Assembly (NCBI RefSeq): GCF_009914755.1
Contig: NC_060925.1
Origin: the human T2T-CHM13v2.0 reference genome, Homo sapiens
Length of the DNA: 64,000 bases
Reading direction: 5' to 3' (one strand)
Under the pieces are notes generated by a model. That model did not search any database. It was not told the origin of the DNA and saw only the letters and a list, made by a program, of their open reading frames with translations. The position numbers were made by a program, and so were the translations under genes. Positions 33,251 through 44,690 of this stretch are shown here, one piece after another. Every line of letters begins with the position of its first letter. Within the stretch, counting starts at the first letter, position 1.

Positions 33251-34781
33251 TATCTGCTAGAGGAATCATAAGAGGCAAAAAAGTACTACCAATATTGGAC
33301 AAAACAGATAACTGACATTATCGATTTTTAGTAAGATTCTTAGTTTCTTTGTTTTTGTTTTTTACAATCTGACTGCATTAAGACACATATACTCTTTAAT
33401 GTAAAAAAAAAACCATCATATGCGGAACTAAATGCACAAAGACCTCATTATTGGAACATTAGCCATGATTATTTTAATATTCTCACAGCTTTGCAATTTT
33501 GAGAATATACTAGCATTATATAAGAAGGAAGAGGAGAAGGAGGAATAAGAGGGAAAGGAGGAGAAAGAGAAGTTGGTAAACAGAGGCCTAGTTAAGAATT
33601 CCTTGCCCTAGTGGTGAACAAGGACTAAACACAGACAATGGGTGAAACACAGACGCTAATTCACATAACAGAGAGTAGGCAACCTTAAGAATGAATTGAT
33701 GCAGACTCCTATAGAATTCCTCTGTTATGACTGGGTTCTTATTTTCTCCTCCTTGTATGTAGTTGGAATTTCATCATTATGAATAGTTCCTTGGATCTTT
33801 TTTTAAAGTTGTGAATGCAAGTGTTTGGCTTTGTAATACAACTTTTTAGTATCCAGAAGATAACCAGTGCTCTACCAATAAAGATCTTTTGATACAAAGG
33901 GTTTTAACTTCTGCCAGTTCTTACTCATTTTTTTCAGGTTTTTTATACATTTCTTAAACAACACATACATTATGTAAAATATAAGAATTAATGTACATTC
34001 TCAAGGTCAGATTCAGTGACAAAATGCACTACCCGAATCTAGTAACACATTTACTCCTTGCTGCATATAAGTGGCGTGTAAGAAATACAGGGTATATTGT
34101 TTTGTGATCCATGCAGTAAATGTTCACAAATATCAAGCAAACAACTAGACGTTCTTCAGCTACTAAAATTAACTGTCCCAGTCACAAAAGACTTAACAAA
34201 AATAAAAGCATGGATGGTTACATCAAAACCATGCTGGACTGAGTTCGTCCTGGAAGAGCTGGTTGGCAGGGCCACAAGGAAAGCACTGGCAGCTGCAAAT
34301 TTTCCTCTTCATATGTGACTGAGACTATTCTCTTCTTACATGGCTTTACCCCATACCACAGGCTTTTGCTAAAGAGGCATTTCAGGTTTCAAATTAAAAC
34401 AACTGACCTTTAGTGAAAAAGCAGAGAAATGCCTCTCTTGAGTTTCTGATCCTAGAAACAGCTTGCTATAGGTCCTTAAGGCAAATGCCAGGAGTCAAAG
34501 AAACTGTAGAACAGTCTCAGGATGTAAACAATAAAATCACTGACCAAGGAGTTATATCCCTGGATGAAAACTCTTCATAAGAAGACCTAACTGGATAAGA
34601 CCAACTTCTTGGCTTTCAAAAGTAATGTGAATTTTATATCCTAGAAGCACTGCACTTTTTTTTCTATTGTAGAGACTTCTGGAGTAGATAAAATTCATGA
34701 TGTTGCTTAAAAAAATACATAGCATGGAGAAGCTACTCAAATGCCAAGCAGTTTTCAGGTTTGTTTTTGTTTGTTTTACTT

Positions 34782-35270
34782 TTATATTTTTCTTTTGTAG
34801 TTGGCATATGGAAAACCAAACTGGGAAATCATAATGTTGGAGTATCTTAAGGGCATGCTATCATAGATATTAACAAGCTTATTTATACAATAAGACCTCT
34901 GCAGAGCGTGCTCAGCTCGATGCCACATTCCAGAATAGCCACTGTTGGTTTCTTTTTCCAAATTGTCCATGTTTACAGGCTTCACAAATATCCCTGAAGT
35001 CTTGCCAATATGCTTGGCAATGATAAAATTCATGGCAATATCATCACAGTTTTGAGTATCATCTATCAAAGCATGGACAGCTGCAGGTTGCCTCTGAAAT
35101 AATTCAAGATATTTGCTATTGAAGAATGAGGCTCCAATCAGCACCATAGAGTACTGGTCACCATTTCCAGACCCTGGTGCTTGCATTTCAAAACTTCCAT
35201 AACTGTAGATACCTGATGAAGTAGAGACGTGCTTTCTAGGAACAAATCCTACAATTTGATCAGGAAATTG
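34782..35270 (-). CDS. EXTL2: EXTL2 last coding exon (C-terminal part of the GT64 alpha-1,4-N-acetylhexosaminyltransferase domain)
   Basis: Acceptor ctcttttcag|CAA. Translates QFPDQIVGFVPRKH...YSMVLIGASFF...NCDDIAMNF...RSYCINKL...KRKI*; 489 nt, phase 0. Confidence 0.97.
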   Translation of the reverse strand, partial: QFPDQIVGFVPRKHVSTSSGIYSYGSFEMQAPGSGNGDQYSMVLIGASFFNSKYLELFQRQPAAVHALIDDTQNCDDIAMNFIIAKHIGKTSGIFVKPVNMDNLEKETNSGYSGMWHRAEHALQRSYCINKLVNIYDSMPLRYSNIMISQFGFPYANYKRKI

Positions 35271-36066
35271 CTGAAAAGAGGGAAAAAGAACAATAAAATG
35301 TCACATATTTTTAGAGAAGACATAGTGAAAAAGGCAATGATTTATTACAGAGAGAATGAAACTGATTTGTCAACTCTTCCTTATTCCTGGTTTCTACATT
35401 TCAGTTTTATCTAGCTCTAGGTAACTTCATAAATCTGTGTTCTGATATGTTTACAGGTCAAATGGCATCACAACCCAAACATCTCTGAAAACAAATATTC
35501 TACCCTTACAAATGTTCTCCTAATTCAAACATTATCTGACATTAACAAATTCCAGTCACCAAAGAGTCCAATCCTTCAAAATGTGCTGCGAGAAAAGTTG
35601 ACTGCCTGAATGCTATTTGTTGTAGGAAATAAGAGATAATGGGATCGTTTTGAAAATTTGTTCTAATCTCTTAGGAGTATATAAAATTATGGACCTACAT
35701 GTGTGATTGTCTCTTTTTCATGTTGATTTCGATGTTCATAAAAATTACTGTTGATTTTAAACAATGTTATATTTATCCCATTTCAGCTTGGGTGTTTCTT
35801 TTTTTAAAAAATGAGATAATATAAATAAATGTTTATACTTATCTATATAACATAAATGTTTATATTATGTATATGTGAGAGAGATGCATCAGAATCTTTG
35901 ATGAAAGGATAGATGGTAGATGAGCATGACTAAAAATAAAACAACAATCAGCAAACAAAAGAAAAACACTGAAGCATGGGAAAGAGGTAAGAATTTATAG
36001 GGTTGAAAGTTTCATTCACTCATAAATAATTTGAGTTTCATTCATTTATTGAACAGATGCAGAACT

Positions 36067-36071
<5 letters not shown>

Positions 36072-36106
<35 letters not shown>
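36072..36106. repeat. (CA)n microsatellite in EXTL2 last intron
   Basis: About 17 perfect AC units. Confidence 0.95.
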
Positions 36107-36110
<4 letters not shown>

Positions 36111-37639
36111 CTGAGTTAAATGCTATTTCAAAGCACTTATAGTCTAGAGAGGGTAGAGGGGTATAATATGGATATGCAAACAAGGAAATACAATACTGTG
36201 AGAAAGTTGTTTTAAGTGCAGCTGGGTAAATTCAATGGGCACATTGAGGGTAGAATGACAACTGTGTTGCTGGGAGGCAAAGGGGAAGGTCAGGGGATGG
36301 GGGATAAAGGCTGGGAGGTTTCAGAGAAGATGCGCTATTTATACAATCTAGGAGAATGAAAGAAATTTCACAGTTGGCTAGAGAGGGAAAAGGGAAAACA
36401 CTAAAAGTGGAGGTAATGGGCAAATACAAAGACACAGATGAATGTCTACTCGAATCTTGCTTGCTTATACACAAACCTCAGATCATTATGCTATGCAGGG
36501 TTTGGGTTGGACTGAATTTAAGTTGGTCAATGGACTGAAATTGTTTTTGATATTTTTAAAAATAAAACCTGAAATCATATTTATATATCTTTAATTTATA
36601 GTTTACTCAGATGGTTCCAATTAACCACAGTCCCCATATTCTGCCTCCATTTTTACATTTTGGGCAAATGGATTTTTAAGCATCAATAGAAATCTCACAG
36701 TTGAATTATCACATTAGAACTTTTTGTCCAAGAAGCTTTCATGTATTTCATTTCATTCCAAGGACTGGAAAAAAAAATTGTTGATATGGAAAAATTTCGT
36801 TGGTCAGCACACTAGGCATGAAATTAAAAACTGAAGTTTTAAAAATGCTGATATCTGCTGAGTATTGTGATCACTTACCATTAATATCGAATGCTGTTAT
36901 ATCCCAAGAAGCTAATTTTAAAAGTTACCATGGCATAAATTCGATCATTTACTGGGTAGCACAGTGTTTAATTATTTGACACGGCTTCGAAGTACTTCCA
37001 TGCAGTTCCGGTTTCAGGTAATGGCAGTGCAACTTGTAAAAGTTAGCTATTACTAACACATATTCAATAGGAGAGAGCGGCTTTTATAGGATACTGACCA
37101 ATTTATGCCTGCTTATTCAAGCTATGATTTAGGAAAAAACAAAACAAAATAAAACAAAACCCTCCTACCACAATGGTACATGTAAAATTATTACTGCAAA
37201 ATTTCTAAACAATGCTCTCAGAACCAGGATTAAATTTTGTGGAGGTAATAAATACTTCCTTTTACAAAAAGTTATACACATTATTAACATAGAAATAGGC
37301 TTATCATTTGAGACACATGTCTGTGGTCTAGGCAAAACATCTCCTCATTCTAGTTTTTGCTGGACCACATCATTTCCCCATTGTTCTCTGGAAGGCAGTT
37401 CTAGCTCTTTTCCCCAATACACCAAAATATAAATTAAATCTAGATAAAAGATACTATAACTTTCAGGATGGCTGAACTAAGCTCAGAAAATCTTGATTAG
37501 CCTATAACAAATTCATCCATCTTTTAGATAAATATTATCTAAAATATTTTAGGTAACTTCTATATTAACCATGTTGCCGTGGTTAAGTACTAGTCAAGAT
37601 CTTATAAAGACGGTTTCATAAAAGAGACAGCAACATTAC

Positions 37640-37710
37640 CTGCCAAACTGAGAAAGCAAAAACAAGGTCTGGGGTGCTGATGAGTGTGTCATCATCTACC
37701 ATCAACACTG
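37640..37710 (-). CDS. EXTL2: EXTL2 coding exon carrying the DXD (DDD) metal/UDP-sugar motif
   Basis: ttttag|CAGTG...GGCAG|gtaatg; 71 nt; (A)VLMVDDDTLISTPDLVFAFSVWQ; phases fit both neighbours. Confidence 0.96.
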
Positions 37711-38321
37711 CTAAAATGAAAGGACAAAAATTTAAGTTGAATAGTTCGGAAATGAAAACAAAAGTAGTAAAATACAATAGTGTCTACATAGATCATTCAA
37801 ATGAAGTATTTTCTGACCCAACAATAAATAAGCAATGTATTCTTGGGGAGATTTGTCCAGTAGAAAATAATTTTTTTGGTATCATAACTGATTGTATAAC
37901 TGCCTGAAGGGAAAATAATCAAGCAGTTATTATCCATCAACCTAGAAACTATTGGGCCTATAAATGAATAAAGCCAAGATTCTTTTAAGCAAATTGCAAC
38001 CTCATGAAACTGTCAGGAATGGGAGGAAAAGAGGAGTGGCAAAAAAATATATTAAGCATAAGCTAAATGGCATCTTACTATCAACTGTAATGCAATCATA
38101 TGTAATTATAGCATATCCTTTATTACAATATTAACCTCTTCGCCAGGAAACCACTTCTTGACATCTTGGAAATTGTCCCTCAAGCTTTCCAAAGTGCTTT
38201 CTTAGGACTAACTTCCTTCATTTTTCTCCAGACGGTTAAGCAGAAGGCCAGAAATTCACATGTCTGTCCCAGCTCTGGACAGCGGCAGCCTTTCCAGGCT
38301 GAGAACTACACTGCAACTCAC

Positions 38322-38749
38322 CATTGGTTTCCAGTTCAGGAAAGACCTGGAGTCGATTTCTCATCCTGTTTGCTGTCTGTTGTTTGAAGATCACAGGGAT
38401 AGGGTGGGGCCCTAGAGAATTCCATAATTCATCTGGTGCCTTCTCTCCAATATTGTTCCATACCACAATCACTTTGTGCAGATTTGGTACAGCCTGATAA
38501 TGATTTAAAAGTTTCAATAAGAGATCTGTTCTGTTGTACGTCTGCATTATGAGAGTAAAGGAGTCCATGGTGGACTTGCCCTGGGATTTTATTTCCCTAC
38601 GCAACATGAGCATCTTGTCTTCTTTAACACTGGGAAGTAAGGCAGTCAAAGCACCAGCTACCAGTAATAATACGAGGATGACCACCAAAGATAATCGAAG
38701 CACTCGAATCCCCATTACTCTCCCAGGAAGTTTGCAGATGTGGCAACAC
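38322..38749 (-). CDS. EXTL2: EXTL2 coding exon: cytoplasmic tail, type II TM helix, start of catalytic domain
   Basis: ctccag|GTGTTGC...CCAATG|gtgagt; 428 nt; CCHICKLPG..LSLVVILVLLLVAGALTALL..FTLIMQTYNR..VIVVWNN..NRLQVFPELETN. Confidence 0.97.
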
Positions 38750-39229
38750 CTGGAGTAGAAATGGAAACAACATACAAATGTTAGCATTCTTACGAGTCCC
38801 TGTGTTTTCATGTTTTTTTCCAATGAGGAAAGATATCAATCTTATTTTAGTTGATTCAAATTCAGTTCTCCCTTCCTCCTCAATAAGGTAATTTGGCCTA
38901 AGAGATTTTAAAAAACCAGTTTAATATTCCCTTCCTTCTTGCCCTGCTTGTTACGCAGTTGCAGACAAAAGATGTTATACACACAAAATTGGAAAAATTA
39001 AGCATTTAAAAATTTGCCATCATTTTATCACTATATCTCCAGAACTGAGATTATTTTTCAACTGGGATTTTATTTCCCTTAGTAATATATTAATTTCGAA
39101 TCTACACTTCTGTAGTAGCAGACTTTTTCCCAAACAAAATCATACAGAGCCATAATACATGAGGCAGCAAACAATTATGGTAGGTGTATTACTTACCAGC
39201 CCTGTACTATGTGCTTCATATACCACAGT

Positions 39230-39545
39230 ATGTACTTACTCATTCAACAGATAGTTCCTGAGCACTTACTTTGTGCCACCACTGTTCCAGGTTCTGTGGA
39301 TACAGCAATTAATGAGATACAAAAGGTGTCTGCTGTTAGTAGCAGAGGAGATGATAGGGAGAAACAGATAACACAATAAACAAATTCAAAAGATAATCTG
39401 GGGTAGCGGGTATGAAGAGAATCTGTTTATAAAAAGAATAAATCAGAATAAGCAAGGGCCAGATTATGTGGGACCTCTGACCCTCATTAGAGTCTGGATT
39501 TTACTATACGCCAGATGAGAAGCCATTGGAGAGTTCTTGGATCTA
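39230..39545 (-). mobile_element. L2 fragment
   Basis: 'cattcaacagatagttcctgagcacttactttgtgcca', 'gccagattatg', 'gaagccattggagagtt'. Confidence 0.7.
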
Positions 39546-42500
39546 ATTTATTATTTATTATTATTATTCCCATTTAATAGTTTAGATGCTTACAGAGATT
39601 ACATGCCCTTCCCAAGATTACCAAGTAATTTCAGTAATAGTGCTAGGATTTCCAACAGGAAAATCTGCCCCGAGAGCCTAGGTTGTTCATGGGCTTGGGG
39701 GTGTATTGCCTGGCTTTACATCCAGGTTGAACTGAGGCACAGCCCTACAGCTTCCACAACTCGATCTCTCACAGTACAAATCACAAGGTATTATTATCAG
39801 CTATGTACTCTCCCATCTTCCTTATTGTACCTAAAGGGTCTTCCAGAGATAGCCATAGAACAGTAGTGAACAAATTGATAAGTACAGTCTAGCTATCCAC
39901 TGTCAAAAAATTTTGTGTAATCAAATCCCTTGCTTATATGAGAAAAGGTTAAATCTCAGACAGTTTTATAGATGCCTAAAACTCTTATTCCCTGGATTCC
40001 AATAACATTTCATTTCCATGCTTGCTGACTCCTGCTGTAGTACTGTTGGCATTCAATTATTTCTGTTTTTCAATCTTCTGCTATTTCTGCTTCTGATTCC
40101 AGGCTACTTACTCTTCCACAGGCCACCAGAAGCATTTTAGGTATGGTCCTTGTTTTGTACTTTGGCAACTGAGTCTTCATAGCCATTTCAGCACATCATG
40201 GATCTATTTTACTACTCTATTCAAGTGCAAAGCCAGAAGTGAGGAAAATGAACTATTCAAAGAAATTTACTTATGAAAAGAAAGACTGGAAACAAAAACC
40301 AATCAGGAGTTTCTAAACAACATATTTAAAACACCTTTAGGAAAAAAATAGATCTCTGAGAAAGAATAGATGAGATGTTATTCTTGGTGACCTTAATTAA
40401 CCCATAGTCTATCCCTTCTCATCCCCACTTCTGGTACAATTTCTCTTCTTGGCTATGATAAACAGTTACTCTCATCTATTGCTTAATACTGACAGATGTA
40501 ATACAGCTGGATAAGACTTTTCACTGCTAACCACAGCTGAAGTATACTAACTGCAAAGAGCTACTGTCACTCTTCTTCTTGGTATAACACTGCCTCTGTA
40601 CATTTTATTTTTGGTACTCCCCCTCTTCTTGGAAAAGTGAACTGTATGTATACTTACATAGTAATATTTAAGCTCTTGATTTCATGTCTTGTGGCTAAAG
40701 TCAGGCAATTGAAGCTAGGCCATCATTCCATAGGCAATCCTAAGACTGTAGTCTAAATTTAGTTTGGAATAGAATAGAATAGTTTTGGAATATTCTGTTC
40801 CAAACTAAATCTCATTTTACTTTCCTAATGATATCTACTCAACATTTTGTTTTTCACTGAGGAGACTTGGCAGTGGTTGGGTTAGTAACCATCATATTCC
40901 TGTAAGCTTGTTTCATGTTGTGGTGTGTGTTTTGTAATGGTAGAAAGTTTCCTCTCTATAGTTCAAGGACATAGAGAGATCATATATACCCCGTCTTTAA
41001 CATTTTCCTTTGAAGTTTAAGTTTAGAGAATTGCAAAGAAGGACAAGAGCATACTCTCCATGATAGGACAGTATGCTCAGGCATGTGCAAGCAAAGGAAG
41101 AGTTTGTTCACAAAGACAAGGAGAAGATCATTGTCATTCAGCAGCTCTCACTTTTCAACAGTCCAGATTTGAAAAGTAATGTCACCTTTAGAGTAAGCTT
41201 TTGAGAGTGATTTCAAGGGTATCTCTCCTGGACTTTCTCTGCAGCTTGTTCTATTAAAAAGAGCAATTTTGTGTTTCTGCTTCTATCACGGCCTCACTCT
41301 TAAGGTATAAACAAATAAATTATTTTCAAGGTAACCTCAGCTTTTCCATGATTATTTTACAAGGATAATAACTTAAAGCTTTAGTGTACCATGTTTTCAT
41401 TTTATCTACCCTCTTACTAAAACATGTAATGTTAATGTGGTCAAGGACAAATCATTACGAATTAACAATCTTGGTTCAAAGTCCTTGAAAATCCTTTTAA
41501 TATTGAAGGAAAAGTAGGTCCCATAACACATATTTTCAGTTCTACATAAAAATGACTGGTTATAAGTACTGAGAATAAAGAATCACTTTGACTAACTGCA
41601 TTATAGTATACCATGATTAAGATCTTTATATTCATTTTCTGCAGCTGAGTAGGAATAGCACATTTTAAAACTTACATAGAAGTGTTTCTGATCTCTAGAC
41701 ACTAATAACTTGCTATCTAGCAGTTTTAATCTAGAAAAAGTAATAAGATTAATTACTATAGCTTACTATAAATATACACTGTTGAAGACACTCATGAGTG
41801 ACTGCTTCCTTCTCATGTATTCTTTTAAGTAGGAGTTTATCCCCTGTATCCATCACAGACATTTCCTTTCAGATAGCTCCTAATCCCCCAATTTTACCTG
41901 TATCAGAAAGGTTTCAGGAGATATGAATAATTTATGTCTTTAGAAACATAGTGTAAATATTTCATGAGGTATTTATTAAATAATGCAACCCAATAAAATT
42001 ATGTAAATTTTAGTTTGCATAGTAAAGTACGAAAAGCAAGGACTTTATAGACTGTAGTGCAAGTGGCACACTGTACTTTGACAATAGCTGAGGTCTAGAA
42101 CTCCATTGTAGGCCCATTAGAAACAGCTTCAGTACAATTTGGAGAATAATGATGACTTTATGGCTAGAAGGATTTCACAGTTTTTGGCGTTCTTCTGTTC
42201 TTCTTTTAGAGAAAGAACCTATCATCTAATTTGCAGCTTTGAGCTTTGAATGAGAGATATGAGAAAAAACACATCTGGATGACCTATGTCGTACTTGGGA
42301 AGAACTAAGAAGTAAACATAAGCACCTCAGTTCTCTTGCCCTCATTTCCTAAACTTTCCCTTTTAGGTTTTGGTTTTTCATTTTTTAAGTTATGTCTTTA
42401 TATATTTGCTGACACCCTGCCTCATTCCAAAAAGGATCTGACAGCTCTTAGTCTATTCCCCTTCTGTCCTTCACCCATCCCCATGACTGCAGTAAATATA

Positions 42501-42680
42501 ACTTTGATAAATACAGTAAATGCCAACAAAACAAAAATCCTTCCTCTTCTCCTCATGAACGAAAAAAATCCAAGATTTCCCCCAATGATATTTTCTGCAC
42601 ATTAATTCATTAGTTCTTTATAGGTAGAGAACACATCCTTTTAGTTATTTTGATACATTGTTACTTAGCGTCTTCTACAC

Positions 42681-43017
42681 CAGAGGTCCCCAATCCCCAG
42701 GCTACACATCAGTACTGGTCTGCAGCCTGTTAGGAACTGGGCTGCACAGCAGGAGGTGAGCAATGGGTAAGCAAGCATTACCACCTGAGCTCCACCTCCT
42801 GTCAGATCAGCTGTGGCATTAGATTCTCACAAGCGTGCAAACCCTATTGTGAACTGTGCATGTGAGGGATCTAGGCTGCATGCTCCTTATGAGAATTTAA
42901 TGCTTGATGATCTGAGGTGGAACAGTTTTATCCCAAAACCATCCCCCACCACCCATCCATGGAAAAATTGTCTTCCACAAAACAGGTCCCTGGTGCCAGA
43001 AAGCTTGGGGACCACTG
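42681..43017 (+). mobile_element. MER1B hAT-Charlie element
   Basis: TIRs cagaggtccccaa / ttggggaccactg; 'gcattagattctca', 'tgctccttatgagaat'. Confidence 0.9.
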
Positions 43018-43026
43018 CTGGGGACA

Positions 43027-43244
43027 CCAAGGGTTTTCAACTAGAGATGATTTTGTCTTCCAAGGGACAGTTGGCAAAGTCTGGAGATATCTCTGATTGT
43101 CACAACTAGAGGGGAGATACTATTGCTATCTAGTGGGTAGATGTTAGGGATGCTGCTAAATATCCTGCGATGCACAGGACAGCCCCCCATGGCAAAGAAT
43201 TATCTGACCTAACACGGCAATAATGCCAAGGTTGAGAAACCCTG
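43027..43244 (-). mobile_element. MER20
   Basis: 'ggcaaagtctggaga..tgctgctaaa..gcacaggacagcccc..gccaaggttgagaaaccctg'. Confidence 0.85.
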
Positions 43245-43385
43245 ATCTACATATAGGTTGCCTAATAAAACACACTTAAACATCATGATGAGGACTACTA
43301 GAGAGGTGGCTTCTGAAAATCCTACTGCCATTAGTTATACTCAAACAATAAAGGGCAAAGCCCTGTCTCTAAAACTGCCCCGGGA

Positions 43386-43700
43386 GGCCAAGCATGATGG
43401 CTCAAATCTGTAATCCCAGCACTTACGGGGGCAAAAGCAGGATTCTGCCTGAGCCCCAGAACTTGAGACCAGCCTGGGCAATGTCATGAGACCCCATTCC
43501 TACAAATAAATTAAAAAATCAGCCATCTGTAGTGGTGCATGCCTATAGTCCCAGCTACTTAGGAGGCTGAGGCAGGAGGATAGCTGGAGCCAAGACGTTG
43601 AGGCTGCTGCAGTGAGCTGTGATTGCATCACTGCACTCCTGCCTGGGGAACAGAGTGAGACTCTCATCTCATAAAAAAACAAAAAACAAAAAACACAACA
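43386..43700 (+). mobile_element. AluJ
   Basis: Dimer 'ggccaagcatgatggctc...ttgaggctgctgcagtgagctgtgattgcatcactgcactc' with A-rich tail. Confidence 0.9.
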
Positions 43701-44064
43701 AACCAACTAAAAAATACTGCCCCAATAATTACATAATTATATGACTTATTGCACAAACACAGAAACTCAGAGAGCTGAAAGAGACTTCAGGGTCCTCCTT
43801 AGCCAGTTTCCTTGTTTCACAGATAAACAACTCAAGGTCCGGGGATAAGGAACTTGCCTAAGGTCATGCAGCTGCATGTGGCTAATCAGCAGCAGAACCA
43901 AGAGAAGACTCTAAACCTTCTGATGGCACAGTCCACAACTCTTTCCACTATGCTAGGGTAAATTCTGCAAGGATGTGTCAAAAAATTAATAAGGAAGACT
44001 GTCACTAACCTGCAAGATAATATAAAAAATTATACTTGTTATGTTGGAGTTTTTTAGTATCTTT

Positions 44065-44690
44065 AAGGAGAGATTACATACAATAAAATTTACCCATTTA
44101 AAGTATACAGTTCAGTAGCTTTTAATATAATCACAGAGTTTTGCAACCATCACCACAATTTAATTTTAAAACATTTTCAACACCTCAGAAAGAAACCCCA
44201 GACCCATTAGCAGCCAATCCCTATTTTCACTTCCCTTAACCCCTGACCTCCATCCCAGCTCCAGGAAACCACTAATTTATTTTCTGTCTCAGTGGATTTG
44301 CCTATTCTGGATATTTCATATGAATGGAATCATACAATATATGACCATTGTATCTGGCTTTTTTCACTTAGCATAATGTTTTTGAGGTTCATCCATGCTG
44401 TATATATCATGAGGTATATATCAGTACCTCATTTTTTTTGTTGCCAAGTAACATTCCATTCTATGGATAGACCACATTTTCTTCATTCATCAGTTAATGG
44501 ACGTTTGAATTGTTTCCACATATTGGCCATTATGAATAATGCTGCTATGAACATTCATGTACAAGTTTTTATGTGAACCTATGGTTTCAGTCCTCTTAGG
44601 TGCTTACCTAAGAGTAGAATTGCTGGGTCATTATGTCAGTAATATTTAAATATCTGAGAACTGAAGTAGCTTTTCAAAGAGCATTATTTG
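44065..44690 (-). mobile_element. L1MB-type 3' end
   Basis: 'aatttacccatttaaagtatacagttcag', 'ggatttgcctattctggatatttcata', 'ctgctatgaacattcatgtacaagttttt'. Confidence 0.85.

Noticed and set aside
37522-37544. 10-bp AT-rich hairpin TTTTAGATAA-ata-TTATCTAAAA
   Set aside because: Short and AT-rich; plausible by chance in 64 kb.
43386-43700. Alu exonisation in EXTL2 (antisense AluJ) or SLC30A7 (antisense AluS at 62300)
   Set aside because: Acceptor-like AGs exist, but the usual right-arm donor is weak (GC) or deleted; nothing in the sequence supports inclusion.
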